Below are positions 1 to 10,255 of a stretch of DNA of 46,833 nt, in pieces. A model generated the notes under the pieces. It made no database searches. It had not been told where the DNA came from and saw only the letters and a program-made list of their open reading frames with translations. Where the stretch lies: sequence record NC_054637.1, one strand, 5' to 3'. A program made the translations under genes and the position numbers. The DNA comes from Escherichia phage vB_EcoS Sa179lw. Position 1 is the first letter of the stretch; each line of letters begins with the position of its first letter.

Positions 1-127
1 ATTAACAACGCAGGCTTAAAGGTAAAAAAATGATTATCCAGTTAAACGACATCATGAAAGCAGACATTATTCAGCTTGAAGATTATGACATGCAGCTGGC
101 GTTTGAAATTGAAACCGTTGAGCGGCA
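1..127. repeat. Terminal duplication: bases 1-127 are identical to 46707-46833 (circular closure or assembly overlap); genome unit 46706 bp
   Basis: Direct comparison of the two window ends. Confidence 0.9.
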
Positions 128-356
128 ATTGCAATATGCTGATAAGAAGAATGATCGCGTATGGCATGAGAAGGCACTTAAGGCGCGCGACCACATGAAG
201 CGCACGCGAGCACTCATCAAAACGCGGCTTGATAAGCTGTATTACGGAGAGGAAAGGATGTTGCATGGCGCAATTCTGGCTCAAATCCGTAAGGAAATGC
301 CCATTGGCAAGTTTATGTCATACGTTCACCGAGCAAGGCAGGAGGCGGGGTTATGA
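30..356 (+). CDS. Hypothetical protein, 108 aa
   Basis: ORF track; ATGA stop/start overlap with the preceding gene (46335-46739 in the duplicated copy). Confidence 0.55.
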   Translation: MIIQLNDIMKADIIQLEDYDMQLAFEIETVERQLQYADKKNDRVWHEKALKARDHMKRTRALIKTRLDKLYYGEERMLHGAILAQIRKEMPIGKFMSYVHRARQEAGL

Positions 357-499
357 TTCCGTTGCTGTGGATATTATCAGCTTACGCATTCGCAAGGGTA
401 TTTGAGGCTGACACTCTGTACCAGATGATTTGCTATGGCGCTCTGTTCTGCCTTTCAGGCGCTGCTCTTGCATTTATGGATGATGTAATTTCAGACTAA
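353..499 (+). CDS. Small hydrophobic protein, 48 aa
   Basis: ATG overlaps the upstream stop (TTATGA); hydrophobic translation MIPLLWILSAYAF... Confidence 0.35.
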   Translation: MIPLLWILSAYAFARVFEADTLYQMICYGALFCLSGAALAFMDDVISD

Positions 500-639
500 C
501 ACCGTATATCTTTTGTTCATCATGGGCTGCTATCATTTAATCAGGAGGTAGCCCATGAACATAATCCCTATCACTTACTTTCTCACGCTCTACGCGCTCA
601 CTGATTCGCCATTGTTTGCACTGGCTACCGCCTCATGGT

Positions 640-665
640 GTTATATCTCCCTGTGTTATAATTCG
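640..665 (+). promoter_or_regulatory. Candidate extended -10 promoter (TGTTATAAT) upstream of the scaffold-like gene
   Basis: TGT+TATAAT at 654-662; weak -35. Confidence 0.3.
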
Positions 666-693
666 ACCACAAACTAACCGTGGAGAGTTAACC

Positions 694-2573
<1,880 letters not shown>

Positions 2574-2575
2574 TA

Positions 2576-3646
2576 ATGGAAAAGATTATTTTTACCAAAG
2601 ATTTGGTGGCCAACTCCGCAGTGGTGGCTGACCAGTGGAAACATCTCACCATCGACCGTAAAGTGTTCTGCAACGCAGAAGCTGAGCTGGCGAAAACTTA
2701 CGGTGTTAACGCCACCGCACTGGTAACGAAAGATTACTGGCGCGACGTGGATAACGTCACCACCCGTGTTTTCCGCAACGAAGCTGGTCAGGACATGATG
2801 GCTGACCTGATGGGTATCGCGGCAAACATCAACATCGGTAAGACTGTGGCAATCAGCCGTATTGCTTCCGATGCTGGTAAGGTAGTCCGCACTCTGTCTG
2901 GTCAGGAGCCGGAAGATTTGGATAAAACCCGCTACGATTACACTGGCGATGTGATTCCAATCTTCAAGACTGGCTACAGCCGCGAATGGCGTGAGCTGCT
3001 GGGTATGCAGTCTGAAGGCTTCGACCCGCTGCTGGACGATCAGGCCAACGTTACCTTTAACCTGCGTTCCGACATGGCGCAATATCTGCTGACTGGCGAC
3101 CAGACTCTGAACGTGAATGGCGTTTACACTGGCTACGGCATCACCAACCACCCGAACACTGTTCAGGTTAACCTGAACGTTTCCGGTGGCCTGAATATCG
3201 ACCTGCAAACCGCAACGCCAGACGAAATCGTGAAATTCTTCAATCAGGATTTCCAGGCTATTCTGGATGCGCAGAACGTATTCGAGCAGGTTACCTTGTG
3301 GGTTTCTCCAGCAGTGCGTCGCAGCTTCATGCGCCCGTATTCTGATGCAGCTGGCTTCAAAGGCGGCACGGTTGAGCAGTACATCACTCAGTTCGGTAAT
3401 GGTCGCATTGGCAAGATTGGCACCAACTTCCTGCTGACTGGTAACCATTTCGTTGGCTACGTTCGCAACGACATGTACATCCGTCCGCGTGTTGCTCAGC
3501 CGGTTTCCACCTATGCGGCAGCTCGCGATAACCCGCACGATAACTTCAACTTCCTTGTGTGGTCAGCTTTTGGGCTTCAGGTGCGCAAGGATTTCACTGG
3601 CAAGTCCAAAGTGTTCAACGGATACGGTACGCAAACTCCGCTGTAA
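2576..3646 (+). CDS. Major capsid protein, 356 aa
   Basis: Size, position after scaffold/decoration genes, strong terminator immediately downstream. Confidence 0.7.
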   Translation: MEKIIFTKDLVANSAVVADQWKHLTIDRKVFCNAEAELAKTYGVNATALVTKDYWRDVDNVTTRVFRNEAGQDMMADLMGIAANINIGKTVAISRIASDAGKVVRTLSGQEPEDLDKTRYDYTGDVIPIFKTGYSREWRELLGMQSEGFDPLLDDQANVTFNLRSDMAQYLLTGDQTLNVNGVYTGYGITNHPNTVQVNLNVSGGLNIDLQTATPDEIVKFFNQDFQAILDAQNVFEQVTLWVSPAVRRSFMRPYSDAAGFKGGTVEQYITQFGNGRIGKIGTNFLLTGNHFVGYVRNDMYIRPRVAQPVSTYAAARDNPHDNFNFLVWSAFGLQVRKDFTGKSKVFNGYGTQTPL

Positions 3647-3649
3647 TAA

Positions 3650-3676
3650 AAAGGGGGCGAAAAGCCCCTTTGTAAA
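3650..3676 (+). terminator. Rho-independent terminator after the major capsid gene
   Basis: Hairpin AGGGGGCGAAAAGCCCCTTT followed by T-rich tract. Confidence 0.6.
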
Positions 3677-3689
3677 TTTGAGGTGAATA

Positions 3690-3887
3690 ATGGCTAAATA
3701 CGAAGTGATCGCTCGCGGAATCTTTGTAAAAGAGAAAGGCAAGATTCGTGAGTTACAGCTTGGCGAGGTGATTACCGAACCAGACGAGCACCTGCTACCA
3801 AAACTGCGCGTTATGCCAGAACTTGAAAAGTCTTTCGAAGTCGCAACCCCGCAAGAAAAGACGACAAAGAGAAAGAAAGCAGAGTAA
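3690..3887 (+). CDS. Hypothetical protein, 65 aa, lysine-rich C-terminus
   Basis: ORF with RBS GAGGTGA; flanked by terminators on both sides. Confidence 0.45.
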   Translation: MAKYEVIARGIFVKEKGKIRELQLGEVITEPDEHLLPKLRVMPELEKSFEVATPQEKTTKRKKAE

Positions 3888-3889
3888 AC

Positions 3890-3917
3890 TGAACCCGCAT
3901 AATGCGGGTTTTTTATT
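3890..3917 (+). terminator. Rho-independent terminator
   Basis: Hairpin AACCCGCATAATGCGGGTT followed by TTTTTTATT. Confidence 0.7.
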
Positions 3918-3927
3918 GGGGGTTTCT

Positions 3928-4776
3928 ATGGCTGTAAGATACGACATATTCACCACGCGGGAAGATGGTGAGGTGATGCTTGATGAACTGATGTCTGCTG
4001 ACTGGGCGGCGCTACAGGTTAACGTAATGCCGCTTGATTCATCTGGCGAATACACTCCACTTGTCAGCGGCACCGTGTCCGTTAAGGTATCACCATTTGA
4101 ATCAGGTGACTACTGGATTGATGTTAACAATAATAATTATTATGGCATGGCGCTACGCCTGAAGATAATCAAAAACCAGCTGCCAGTAGCGGTTAGTTCA
4201 CTGCGTGTTTCTGTGTGGCGCGCAGGAGTGTCGCCGCAATCGGTAGTTAACGTGTCGCCAGAAGTGAATGTGAGCAATGTCACTTCACAGTCATATTCTG
4301 AGCGAGCTAATAAGCAGGGTAAACTGTTCACTGCATCACGCAGAGTGACGGATGTCGCTGGTAGTTCAAACCTTGACAGCATATTCATCACCGGAACGAA
4401 GCAGGTAATATTCAACCAGCGCATTATTGGCTACACAGGAAAGGGCGTTGTTGCATCAATCTATCGTGGCGCGGTGGCTACTGGCGGAACTGCTGCGGAG
4501 ATTAATAACCCTAACGATATAACTCCGCAGGCAGCCACGGCGCAGCTACTTACTGGCGCTACGGTAACAAGCGTCGGGCAGCTAACGGTCGCGGCAACGT
4601 ACAGCGAGGGTAATGCTTCAAATCAGGGACAGGGGAACTCGCAGGCGCGGCTTGGTGAGCAAATCATCATGGCACCAAACACGACATATTTGCTTCGCAT
4701 AACATCACTGGATACGGCGGCGCAGAATATCAATGCGTATGTTTCGTGGTTTGAGGATGATACTTATCTGGCGTGA
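3928..4776 (+). CDS. Hypothetical protein, 282 aa, possibly virion-associated
   Basis: ATG at 3928; V/S/T/N/G-rich, Cys-free translation; flanked by terminators. Confidence 0.55.
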   Translation: MAVRYDIFTTREDGEVMLDELMSADWAALQVNVMPLDSSGEYTPLVSGTVSVKVSPFESGDYWIDVNNNNYYGMALRLKIIKNQLPVAVSSLRVSVWRAGVSPQSVVNVSPEVNVSNVTSQSYSERANKQGKLFTASRRVTDVAGSSNLDSIFITGTKQVIFNQRIIGYTGKGVVASIYRGAVATGGTAAEINNPNDITPQAATAQLLTGATVTSVGQLTVAATYSEGNASNQGQGNSQARLGEQIIMAPNTTYLLRITSLDTAAQNINAYVSWFEDDTYLA

Positions 4777-4782
4777 TAAAAG

Positions 4783-4807
4783 AAAAGCCCCGTAAAGGGG
4801 CTTTTGA
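4783..4807. terminator. Bidirectional terminator between convergent genes
   Basis: Hairpin AAAGCCCCGTAAAGGGGCTTT. Confidence 0.7.
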
Positions 4808-4810
4808 TTG

Positions 4811-5347
4811 CTATAGTCGCATCGGCATAACAACAATCTTCGCAGTCTCACCAGATGGCGCACTAAGACAGCAAACTGCGGCATTTGTATTTCCATTCAA
4901 TTCAAACTTAACTCCACATAATTTAGGGTTAAATAGCTTCGCAGCTTTCTCGACATCAACAAGATAGCCAGCATTGAAGCCAATTTCCTCTGTTGGCGAG
5001 GTCTGCTTCGGAATGATGCGGTCAATATCCGGGAATCGTCCGCCAATCTCTTCGCAGATACCAGTGCCAACCATCACACCAGCTTCATCATGATACGTTG
5101 CAATTTTCGCTTTGGTATCAATGATGGCGTACTCATAGCGTTTTGTCGGTGACTTGCCAATCTTGATAATCAAATTTTCAGCCAGCTCATTGTCATGGGT
5201 GCCGCCAATAAATGCACGATGACCGTCAGTTGATGCAATGCGACCATCAGGCATAAAGCAGATGCCGTTCAGGTAGTAACGCACATCATTGCGCGCCTGA
5301 AATATTAATGCTGATTCAAGTAATAATTTGCTGATTTTTAGTTTCAT
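4811..5347 (-). CDS. Truncated DNA polymerase III beta sliding-clamp homolog, about 178 aa
   Basis: Translation contains NDVRYYLNGICF, STDGHRAF, GRFPDIDRIIPK, EIGFNAGYLVDV and C-terminal VVMPMRL, matching E. coli DnaN motifs QDVRYYLNGMLF, TDGHRLAV, GRFPDYRRVLPK, EIGFNVSYVLDV, VVMPMRL (recalled from memory). Confidence 0.8.
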   Translation of the reverse strand: MKLKISKLLLESALIFQARNDVRYYLNGICFMPDGRIASTDGHRAFIGGTHDNELAENLIIKIGKSPTKRYEYAIIDTKAKIATYHDEAGVMVGTGICEEIGGRFPDIDRIIPKQTSPTEEIGFNAGYLVDVEKAAKLFNPKLCGVKFELNGNTNAAVCCLSAPSGETAKIVVMPMRL

Positions 5348-5520
5348 CACTTCACCTTAATCATATGCTGTTTTACAACCTTCAGGCATTCTTCAAAAAT
5401 GCCTCCCTTCTTTGCGCTCTGGTTGCGCTTGTAATACTGAATTGCCGCATCAATTGCCCTCTGGTCAATGTCAGGCAGCTTGGCGCGGAGTTGTTTTTCG
5501 ATGAATTTTTCAGGGGTCAT
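5347..5520 (-). CDS. Hypothetical protein, 57 aa
   Basis: TGATG stop/start coupling at both ends; not in ORF track because under 60 aa. Confidence 0.4.
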   Translation of the reverse strand: MTPEKFIEKQLRAKLPDIDQRAIDAAIQYYKRNQSAKKGGIFEECLKVVKQHMIKVK

Positions 5521-5741
5521 CACATCTCCTCCGCGCCACTCATGAACTCAATGAATTCCTTAGTGCATGACAGACAAAGCCACTTGCATTCCTGAATATT
5601 AATTCCTCCGCAGCCCTGACCAATACTGCCTTTGTAGGAGACGGTAAGTTCTCCGCACTCACCATTGATGTACTCATCGGGATTTTTGGTCTCATATCCG
5701 CACCTGTCACATTTGTGGATTGTTATAGTTATTTTTGCCAT
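5520..5741 (-). CDS. Small Cys-rich zinc-ribbon-like protein, 73 aa
   Basis: Motifs CDRCG, CGGINIQEC, CLSC; TGATG coupling. Confidence 0.5.
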   Translation of the reverse strand: MAKITITIHKCDRCGYETKNPDEYINGECGELTVSYKGSIGQGCGGINIQECKWLCLSCTKEFIEFMSGAEEM

Positions 5742-5944
5742 CACATCTTCTCCATCTTCTCAAATTTCTTTAGGCATTGTTTGCATATTGCATCAGGCTT
5801 CCATGCCGATATGTCTTCTCTTCCTCCGCCAAACATCCATTTCCCACATTCACTGATAATTTTCCCATCGCGGAAATAGTGAACTTTCTTAGCCAGTAGC
5901 GGGTCGCCCCATCCTGCAATTAACTTGTCATCACGCTCATTCAT
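5741..5944 (-). CDS. Hypothetical protein, 67 aa
   Basis: ORF track; coupled to the ParB-like gene; contains CKQC. Confidence 0.45.
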   Translation of the reverse strand: MNERDDKLIAGWGDPLLAKKVHYFRDGKIISECGKWMFGGGREDISAWKPDAICKQCLKKFEKMEKM

Positions 5945-6753
5945 CACATCTTCTCCAGAATTGCCATAACCTCGTGAATATCGGCAACAGGAATCTGAAT
6001 GAATTCCTCATCCTCTGCCACTACATGACCAGCAGGAAGAATTACGTGGTCTGCTGGTTTTAGTAACTCAATCAGGCGGTCAACTGGCTTAACCTTTTTC
6101 GACTTAAGCACCTTTGCCGTGACTTTATCTTTGCCTTGCGCTTTGGCTTCTTCGACCGCTTCGTTGATAACTTTAACCGCATCGTCACCATGCTCACGCG
6201 TTACCGCAACGGCGTTTGCATAGCTGATTTGCCCGGCATTGATTCGCGCTTTTACTTCTGCTGGCACATCACCAAGCGACAGGTGCATCTGCACGTCAGA
6301 CACTGAACGGCCTACCTTCTTGGCAATTTCTTCATTCGTCCAGCCAAAGCCTTTCAGTCGTGTGTAAGCCTTTGCGCGCTCAAACGGGTCGAGCTGCTTG
6401 CCCTGACTTGATGACACCATGAACGCGATTTTATCCGCCTCATCGCCAGTAAAGTCCTTGCACTCAATGCGAACGATTGGTGCGCCACGCTCAATGGCTC
6501 GAAGTGCGCCGAGATAGCGATGCTGACCATCAAGAATGCGGATTCCTTTATCGTCAGGAATAACTGTTAATGCTGGTAATGGCTGACCTGATTCCCAGCA
6601 CTGCGCGAAATATTCCACATGTTGCTCATCTGCTTCACGGATGTTGTATCCCGGCTCCAGATAGATTTGCTCCACTGGCACGAGATAGGTTTTGTTAACA
6701 GCGATGCCGTTTCGCGTTTCTTTGTCTGAATAGATTTTGCTTAGTGTTTTCAT
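5944..6753 (-). CDS. ParB N-terminal-like nuclease domain protein, about 269 aa
   Basis: Motif ILDGQHRYLGA typical of the ParB/sulfiredoxin fold; ATG at 6753 after RBS GGTGAGTGAG. Confidence 0.7.
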   Translation of the reverse strand: MKTLSKIYSDKETRNGIAVNKTYLVPVEQIYLEPGYNIREADEQHVEYFAQCWESGQPLPALTVIPDDKGIRILDGQHRYLGALRAIERGAPIVRIECKDFTGDEADKIAFMVSSSQGKQLDPFERAKAYTRLKGFGWTNEEIAKKVGRSVSDVQMHLSLGDVPAEVKARINAGQISYANAVAVTREHGDDAVKVINEAVEEAKAQGKDKVTAKVLKSKKVKPVDRLIELLKPADHVILPAGHVVAEDEEFIQIPVADIHEVMAILEKM

Positions 6754-6754
6754 C

Positions 6755-6946
6755 TCACTCACCACTTTCTTCTAATAAAAGTTCATAGTTTGCAATGTAT
6801 GCATTAGCCAGATGATATATTTGCTCTGCTGCGCAACGCTCTGGCGAGCTAAAGTCATCAATAGAACCAGCATTGCTGAGTGCATCAACACAATTTCGGA
6901 AATCATCCATAGTATTGCGGAACATACAGTAGTACATGTTTGCCAT
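6755..6946 (-). CDS. Hypothetical protein, 63 aa
   Basis: ORF track. Confidence 0.45.
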   Translation of the reverse strand: MANMYYCMFRNTMDDFRNCVDALSNAGSIDDFSSPERCAAEQIYHLANAYIANYELLLEESGE

Positions 6947-6948
6947 GA

Positions 6949-7209
6949 TTACTCCTCATCACCCTGAAAAATGCCACCAAACTCTTCAACGAGTTCATCA
7001 ATACACTGGTCCGCCTCAGCGCAATTACCAGCGGCACTAAGCAGAATATCAACAGCCTCATCATCAGGAATGTTGATTGCTGAGAAGAACTCAACAATGC
7101 ACATTTTCACAACCTGATATTCACCTTCTGTCTGGCAAGAAGCAAAACTGCAAGCGACTGCATCAATCAGCTTGGCTTTGTCGTCACTTGGGTTATCAAT
7201 ATCAAACAT
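6949..7209 (-). CDS. Highly acidic small protein, 86 aa from MFDIDNPSDDK; first gene of an early leftward operon
   Basis: About 21 D/E versus 3 K/R; RBS AGAGGTGA then ATG at 7209; downstream of promoter at 7245-7280. Confidence 0.55.
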   Translation of the reverse strand: MFDIDNPSDDKAKLIDAVACSFASCQTEGEYQVVKMCIVEFFSAINIPDDEAVDILLSAAGNCAEADQCIDELVEEFGGIFQGDEE

Positions 7210-7244
7210 TTCATCACCTCTAACATTTATTGTTGTTTCTACGT

Positions 7245-7280
7245 CACTAACTATAAACGCCACTTCAATCTACGTCAACA
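7245..7280 (-). promoter_or_regulatory. Sigma70-like early promoter: TTGACG, 17-bp spacer, TATAGT (minus strand)
   Basis: -35 at 7273-7278 and -10 at 7250-7255 read on the minus strand; contains the recurring ATCTACGTCA motif. Confidence 0.6.
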
Positions 7281-7325
7281 GTAATATGCTAAAATCATGC
7301 TAATCAAACAACAGGAGATTCAAAC

Positions 7326-7445
7326 ATGGGTTCAACAAACGGTCCGTCTCGTTCACGCGCCACTGGCAATACTAAAACTGGCGGCAAAACTGGCGCAGTG
7401 AAGCCAAACGGCTCTACCCGCTCACCATCACGCGGTAAGAAATAA
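7326..7445 (+). CDS. Small basic protein, 39 aa
   Basis: RBS ACAGGAG then ATG 7326; TAATG coupling to the next gene. Confidence 0.4.
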   Translation: MGSTNGPSRSRATGNTKTGGKTGAVKPNGSTRSPSRGKK

Positions 7446-7885
7446 TGTTCGGCGCAGATATTGCCATCATGATCATGTATGTGCTCGGCTTTTCCTGCAC
7501 AGGCATGATTGCGTTTCTGGTGTTCATTCCGGCAATGGTGATGTCTGTGTATCTTGGATGGGTGCTTGTTGATTCATTTCCCGCCGAATATCTGTATTAC
7601 CTTGCGCAGTCTATGGTCTGGCTGTTCCCAGCTATAGCCTTGCGCAAAAGTACAAAGATGGCGCTCTGCGTGCTGACGATGAGCCTTTACGAATGGCTTG
7701 TGGCTGTCGAGTCATTCGTATGGGAATTTATCACGCCTGTAGAAACGCCGCTTCATGCGCAGTACGCATTTATTATTATTGGCATCCATCTGTTCATCCT
7801 TTCCATCACTTTTAAATGGGGCGGCGAAATTGGATATTATTCTTGGCGTGGTCGCCATCGTTTTTTCGCTGATTCAAATCTATAA
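7445..7885 (+). CDS. Integral membrane protein, 146 aa
   Basis: Several hydrophobic segments in the translation. Confidence 0.5.
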   Translation: MFGADIAIMIMYVLGFSCTGMIAFLVFIPAMVMSVYLGWVLVDSFPAEYLYYLAQSMVWLFPAIALRKSTKMALCVLTMSLYEWLVAVESFVWEFITPVETPLHAQYAFIIIGIHLFILSITFKWGGEIGYYSWRGRHRFFADSNL

Positions 7886-7917
7886 GTGCTGGAAACATAT
7901 CATCAGCGAGACTCGCA

Positions 7918-8202
7918 ATGAACGGAACACTAAGACAAGTCGCAGAGCAGATCATAAGCGGGACGACAGGTCAGGTGATTGACAAAGCTGGCTATGCTTC
8001 CATTGGCACTGGTATCGGCCTTAAGGTTGCAGAACAAACACCTGTCACGCAATCGTATTTTGAAGCAATGATTCCACACTCATTAACAGAGTGGGCGGCA
8101 GTGGCATCAATACTTGGTGCACTGTCTCTGGTAATAAAAAACCTCTTTGAAATGTGGTGGAAGGTACGGGAGTCGAAGAAAAATGGCAGCACCAACACCT
8201 GA
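7918..8202 (+). CDS. Membrane protein, 94 aa, one predicted TM segment
   Basis: Hydrophobic segment WAAVASILGALSLVI. Confidence 0.45.
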   Translation: MNGTLRQVAEQIISGTTGQVIDKAGYASIGTGIGLKVAEQTPVTQSYFEAMIPHSLTEWAAVASILGALSLVIKNLFEMWWKVRESKKNGSTNT

Positions 8203-8575
8203 AGAATTAGTAAGCCAGATGGCATCCCGCGGAATGACTATCACCACAACGGATGCGTCAGGTATTCTGTGCCTTGTGGCATCAATCAGTGAATGCCTTG
8301 AGCTGAATTATCCCAATGATGAATGCCGACAAAATGCGATCATGCTGTGGGCTTCAATCCTGATTGGGGCTAATACCGCAGGCCGCTATGTCACCAGTCA
8401 GAGTGCACCATCCGGAGCATCGCAATCATTTGCTTATGGCAGCAAGCCGTGGGTGGCTCTTTATAACCAGATGAAATTACTGGACAGCGCGGGTTGCACT
8501 GGCGATTTAGTGGAAGACCCTGATGGCGGTAGTAAGCCATGGTTTGTGGTTGTTAGTGGGAGTAGATGCAAATGA
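8183..8575 (+). CDS. Putative head-tail connector / neck protein, about 130 aa
   Basis: Position in a run of overlapping genes between capsid and tail genes; function by synteny only. Confidence 0.45.
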   Translation: MAAPTPEELVSQMASRGMTITTTDASGILCLVASISECLELNYPNDECRQNAIMLWASILIGANTAGRYVTSQSAPSGASQSFAYGSKPWVALYNQMKLLDSAGCTGDLVEDPDGGSKPWFVVVSGSRCK

Positions 8576-8913
8576 CTTCACTTGCTCGGTTTTCTTACAC
8601 GCAACCATGCACCATCTGGCACAAAAGCGGCACGGACAAGTATGGAAAGCCGACTTTTGATGCGCCAGTGGGCATCATGTGTGACTATGGCTTTAACGAT
8701 GATGTATCGACTGATGCGAAAGGTAATGAGATTGTACAGAAGAACACTTTCTGGACAGAATACACTAGCGCTAAGGTAGGTGATTACATCATGATTGGCA
8801 CGGTAACAGATGCTGACCCGCTGGCGGCTGGCGCAAATCAGATTCTGAATGTGATTAATTATGGCAATACGTTCAATCGCGCTGAGCCTCCTGACTTTGC
8901 ACTGGTGACATAA
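8566..8913 (+). CDS. Putative head-tail adaptor protein, 115 aa
   Basis: Synteny; overlapping start/stop with neighbours. Confidence 0.45.
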   Translation: MQMTSLARFSYTQPCTIWHKSGTDKYGKPTFDAPVGIMCDYGFNDDVSTDAKGNEIVQKNTFWTEYTSAKVGDYIMIGTVTDADPLAAGANQILNVINYGNTFNRAEPPDFALVT

Positions 8914-9311
8914 TGCCAGCGAAATTAAGAGGCGTCAGGCAGGCCGTAGAAAGAACATCGCAGATTGTGGATGAGATAATCGCCACGAAAGCTGTGCGCG
9001 CTATGAAGTCAGCGACATACATCATCCGCACAGAATCAGCCACGTTAACGCCGATTGATACATCGACGCTGATTAACAGCCAGTTTGATACCGTGGAAGT
9101 TAACGGAACGCGAATCACTGGTAGGGTTGGCTACTCTGCGAAATATGCCATTTACGTCCACAATGCCAGCGGTAAACTTGCAGGGAAACCGCGCAGCAAC
9201 GGCAATGGTACATACTGGTCGCCGGGCGGTGAACCGCAATTTTTAACCAAAGGTGCGCGGCGCACAAAAGACCTTGTTGATAGCGCAATTAAGAAGGAGA
9301 TGACACTGTGA
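8913..9311 (+). CDS. Putative tail completion protein (HK97 gp10-like), 132 aa
   Basis: Synteny and size. Confidence 0.45.
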   Translation: MPAKLRGVRQAVERTSQIVDEIIATKAVRAMKSATYIIRTESATLTPIDTSTLINSQFDTVEVNGTRITGRVGYSAKYAIYVHNASGKLAGKPRSNGNGTYWSPGGEPQFLTKGARRTKDLVDSAIKKEMTL

Positions 9312-9682
9312 ATATGCTTGAACTGGTTGATGCATATCTTCAGGATGCCGGATTATACGATGGCTGGACTTCGCAGTTGCAGTTCTGGAATGACACCGGA
9401 GACGGCAATGAGCAATTTATTGTCCTGCAATCCAACGGCGGCACACAGGTGATGGATGGCCTCGGCGGTGACTTCTATTTCTCGCTGTATATTGTCGGCA
9501 AACAAGGACAATACAACGTTCAGGATGTTGATGCGAAAGCCAATGAAATTATCGAATACATCAAGACGCATCCGATTGATTCATGCGTGAACTACATCCA
9601 GTTGCAGGCTCCGCTCGGACGACCAATGTTGACGGAAGAGAAGCGCCCTGTGCATGAGTTGCTTTTGCGGGTTGTGAAATAA
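9308..9682 (+). CDS. Putative tail terminator / neck protein, 124 aa
   Basis: Synteny; last gene before the terminator and major tail gene. Confidence 0.45.
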   Translation: MNMLELVDAYLQDAGLYDGWTSQLQFWNDTGDGNEQFIVLQSNGGTQVMDGLGGDFYFSLYIVGKQGQYNVQDVDAKANEIIEYIKTHPIDSCVNYIQLQAPLGRPMLTEEKRPVHELLLRVVK

Positions 9683-9686
9683 ATAA

Positions 9687-9712
9687 AGCCGCACGAAGCG
9701 GCCTTATTACTG
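9687..9712 (+). terminator. Candidate terminator
   Basis: Hairpin GCCGCACGAAGCGGC followed by a weak T tract. Confidence 0.4.
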
Positions 9713-9736
9713 GTTTAAGCATTGCCAGCGTGCTTT

Positions 9737-9801
9737 CTTAACATCCAGCCCCGTACCCATACATACCCCTACATATGATTGCGATAATGCTGGATGTTAA
9801 G
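9737..9801. repeat. Perfect 13-bp inverted repeat (CTTAACATCCAGC / GCTGGATGTTAAG) separated by 39 bp
   Basis: Read directly; lies in a 540-bp non-coding gap. Confidence 0.85.
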
Positions 9802-10174
9802 TGTTGTGGCTCTGGTGCCTCCAGATTGCTGGTCGGTAAATCCAGCAGGCAATCGCAAAACCAAATGGAGTGTATCTTTACCTTGCCGCGTGCGCATAGC
9901 CGCATTACCACAACGGAAAGAGCACTGAGACAAACGTCTTTGTCGCCTGCGCAAAGGGTTCGAGTTCCACTGATATGCGCCAATGCCCTCACCTGTTGTG
10001 CGCCCATTATTAATCACACCGGGCCAGTGCGCCGAATTTGTTTACAAGGAATCGGAAGACCTTGCTGATTTACAGGTTATTACGCCGCCATCAGAACAAC
10101 ATCATCGTTTGCATTTATCTTTGTGGTCAGTTTCTAAAAACCCGCAAAGTCGCTCACGAAAACTATCTGAAATA

Positions 10175-10222
10175 CAATCTACACCACAAAATAATACCTG
10201 TCAACACCTGTGATATAATCAC
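10175..10222 (+). promoter_or_regulatory. Candidate late promoter for the major tail gene: AATCTACACCAC ... TGTCAACACC ... TGATATAAT (extended -10)
   Basis: Extended -10 TGA+TATAAT at 10211-10219; poor -35; same architecture as 12184-12234. Confidence 0.5.
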
Positions 10223-10255
10223 CACGTTAGCAGCTAACACAATTCGGAGATCGAA

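Noticed and set aside
555-677. 40-aa ORF with AGGAGG ribosome-binding site upstream of the scaffold-like gene
   Set aside because: Overlaps the candidate extended -10 promoter; low-complexity hydrophobic translation; left uncalled as uncertain
9945-9975. tRNA-like T-loop sequence GGTTCGAGTTCC
   Set aside because: No matching acceptor or T-stem pairing could be built around it
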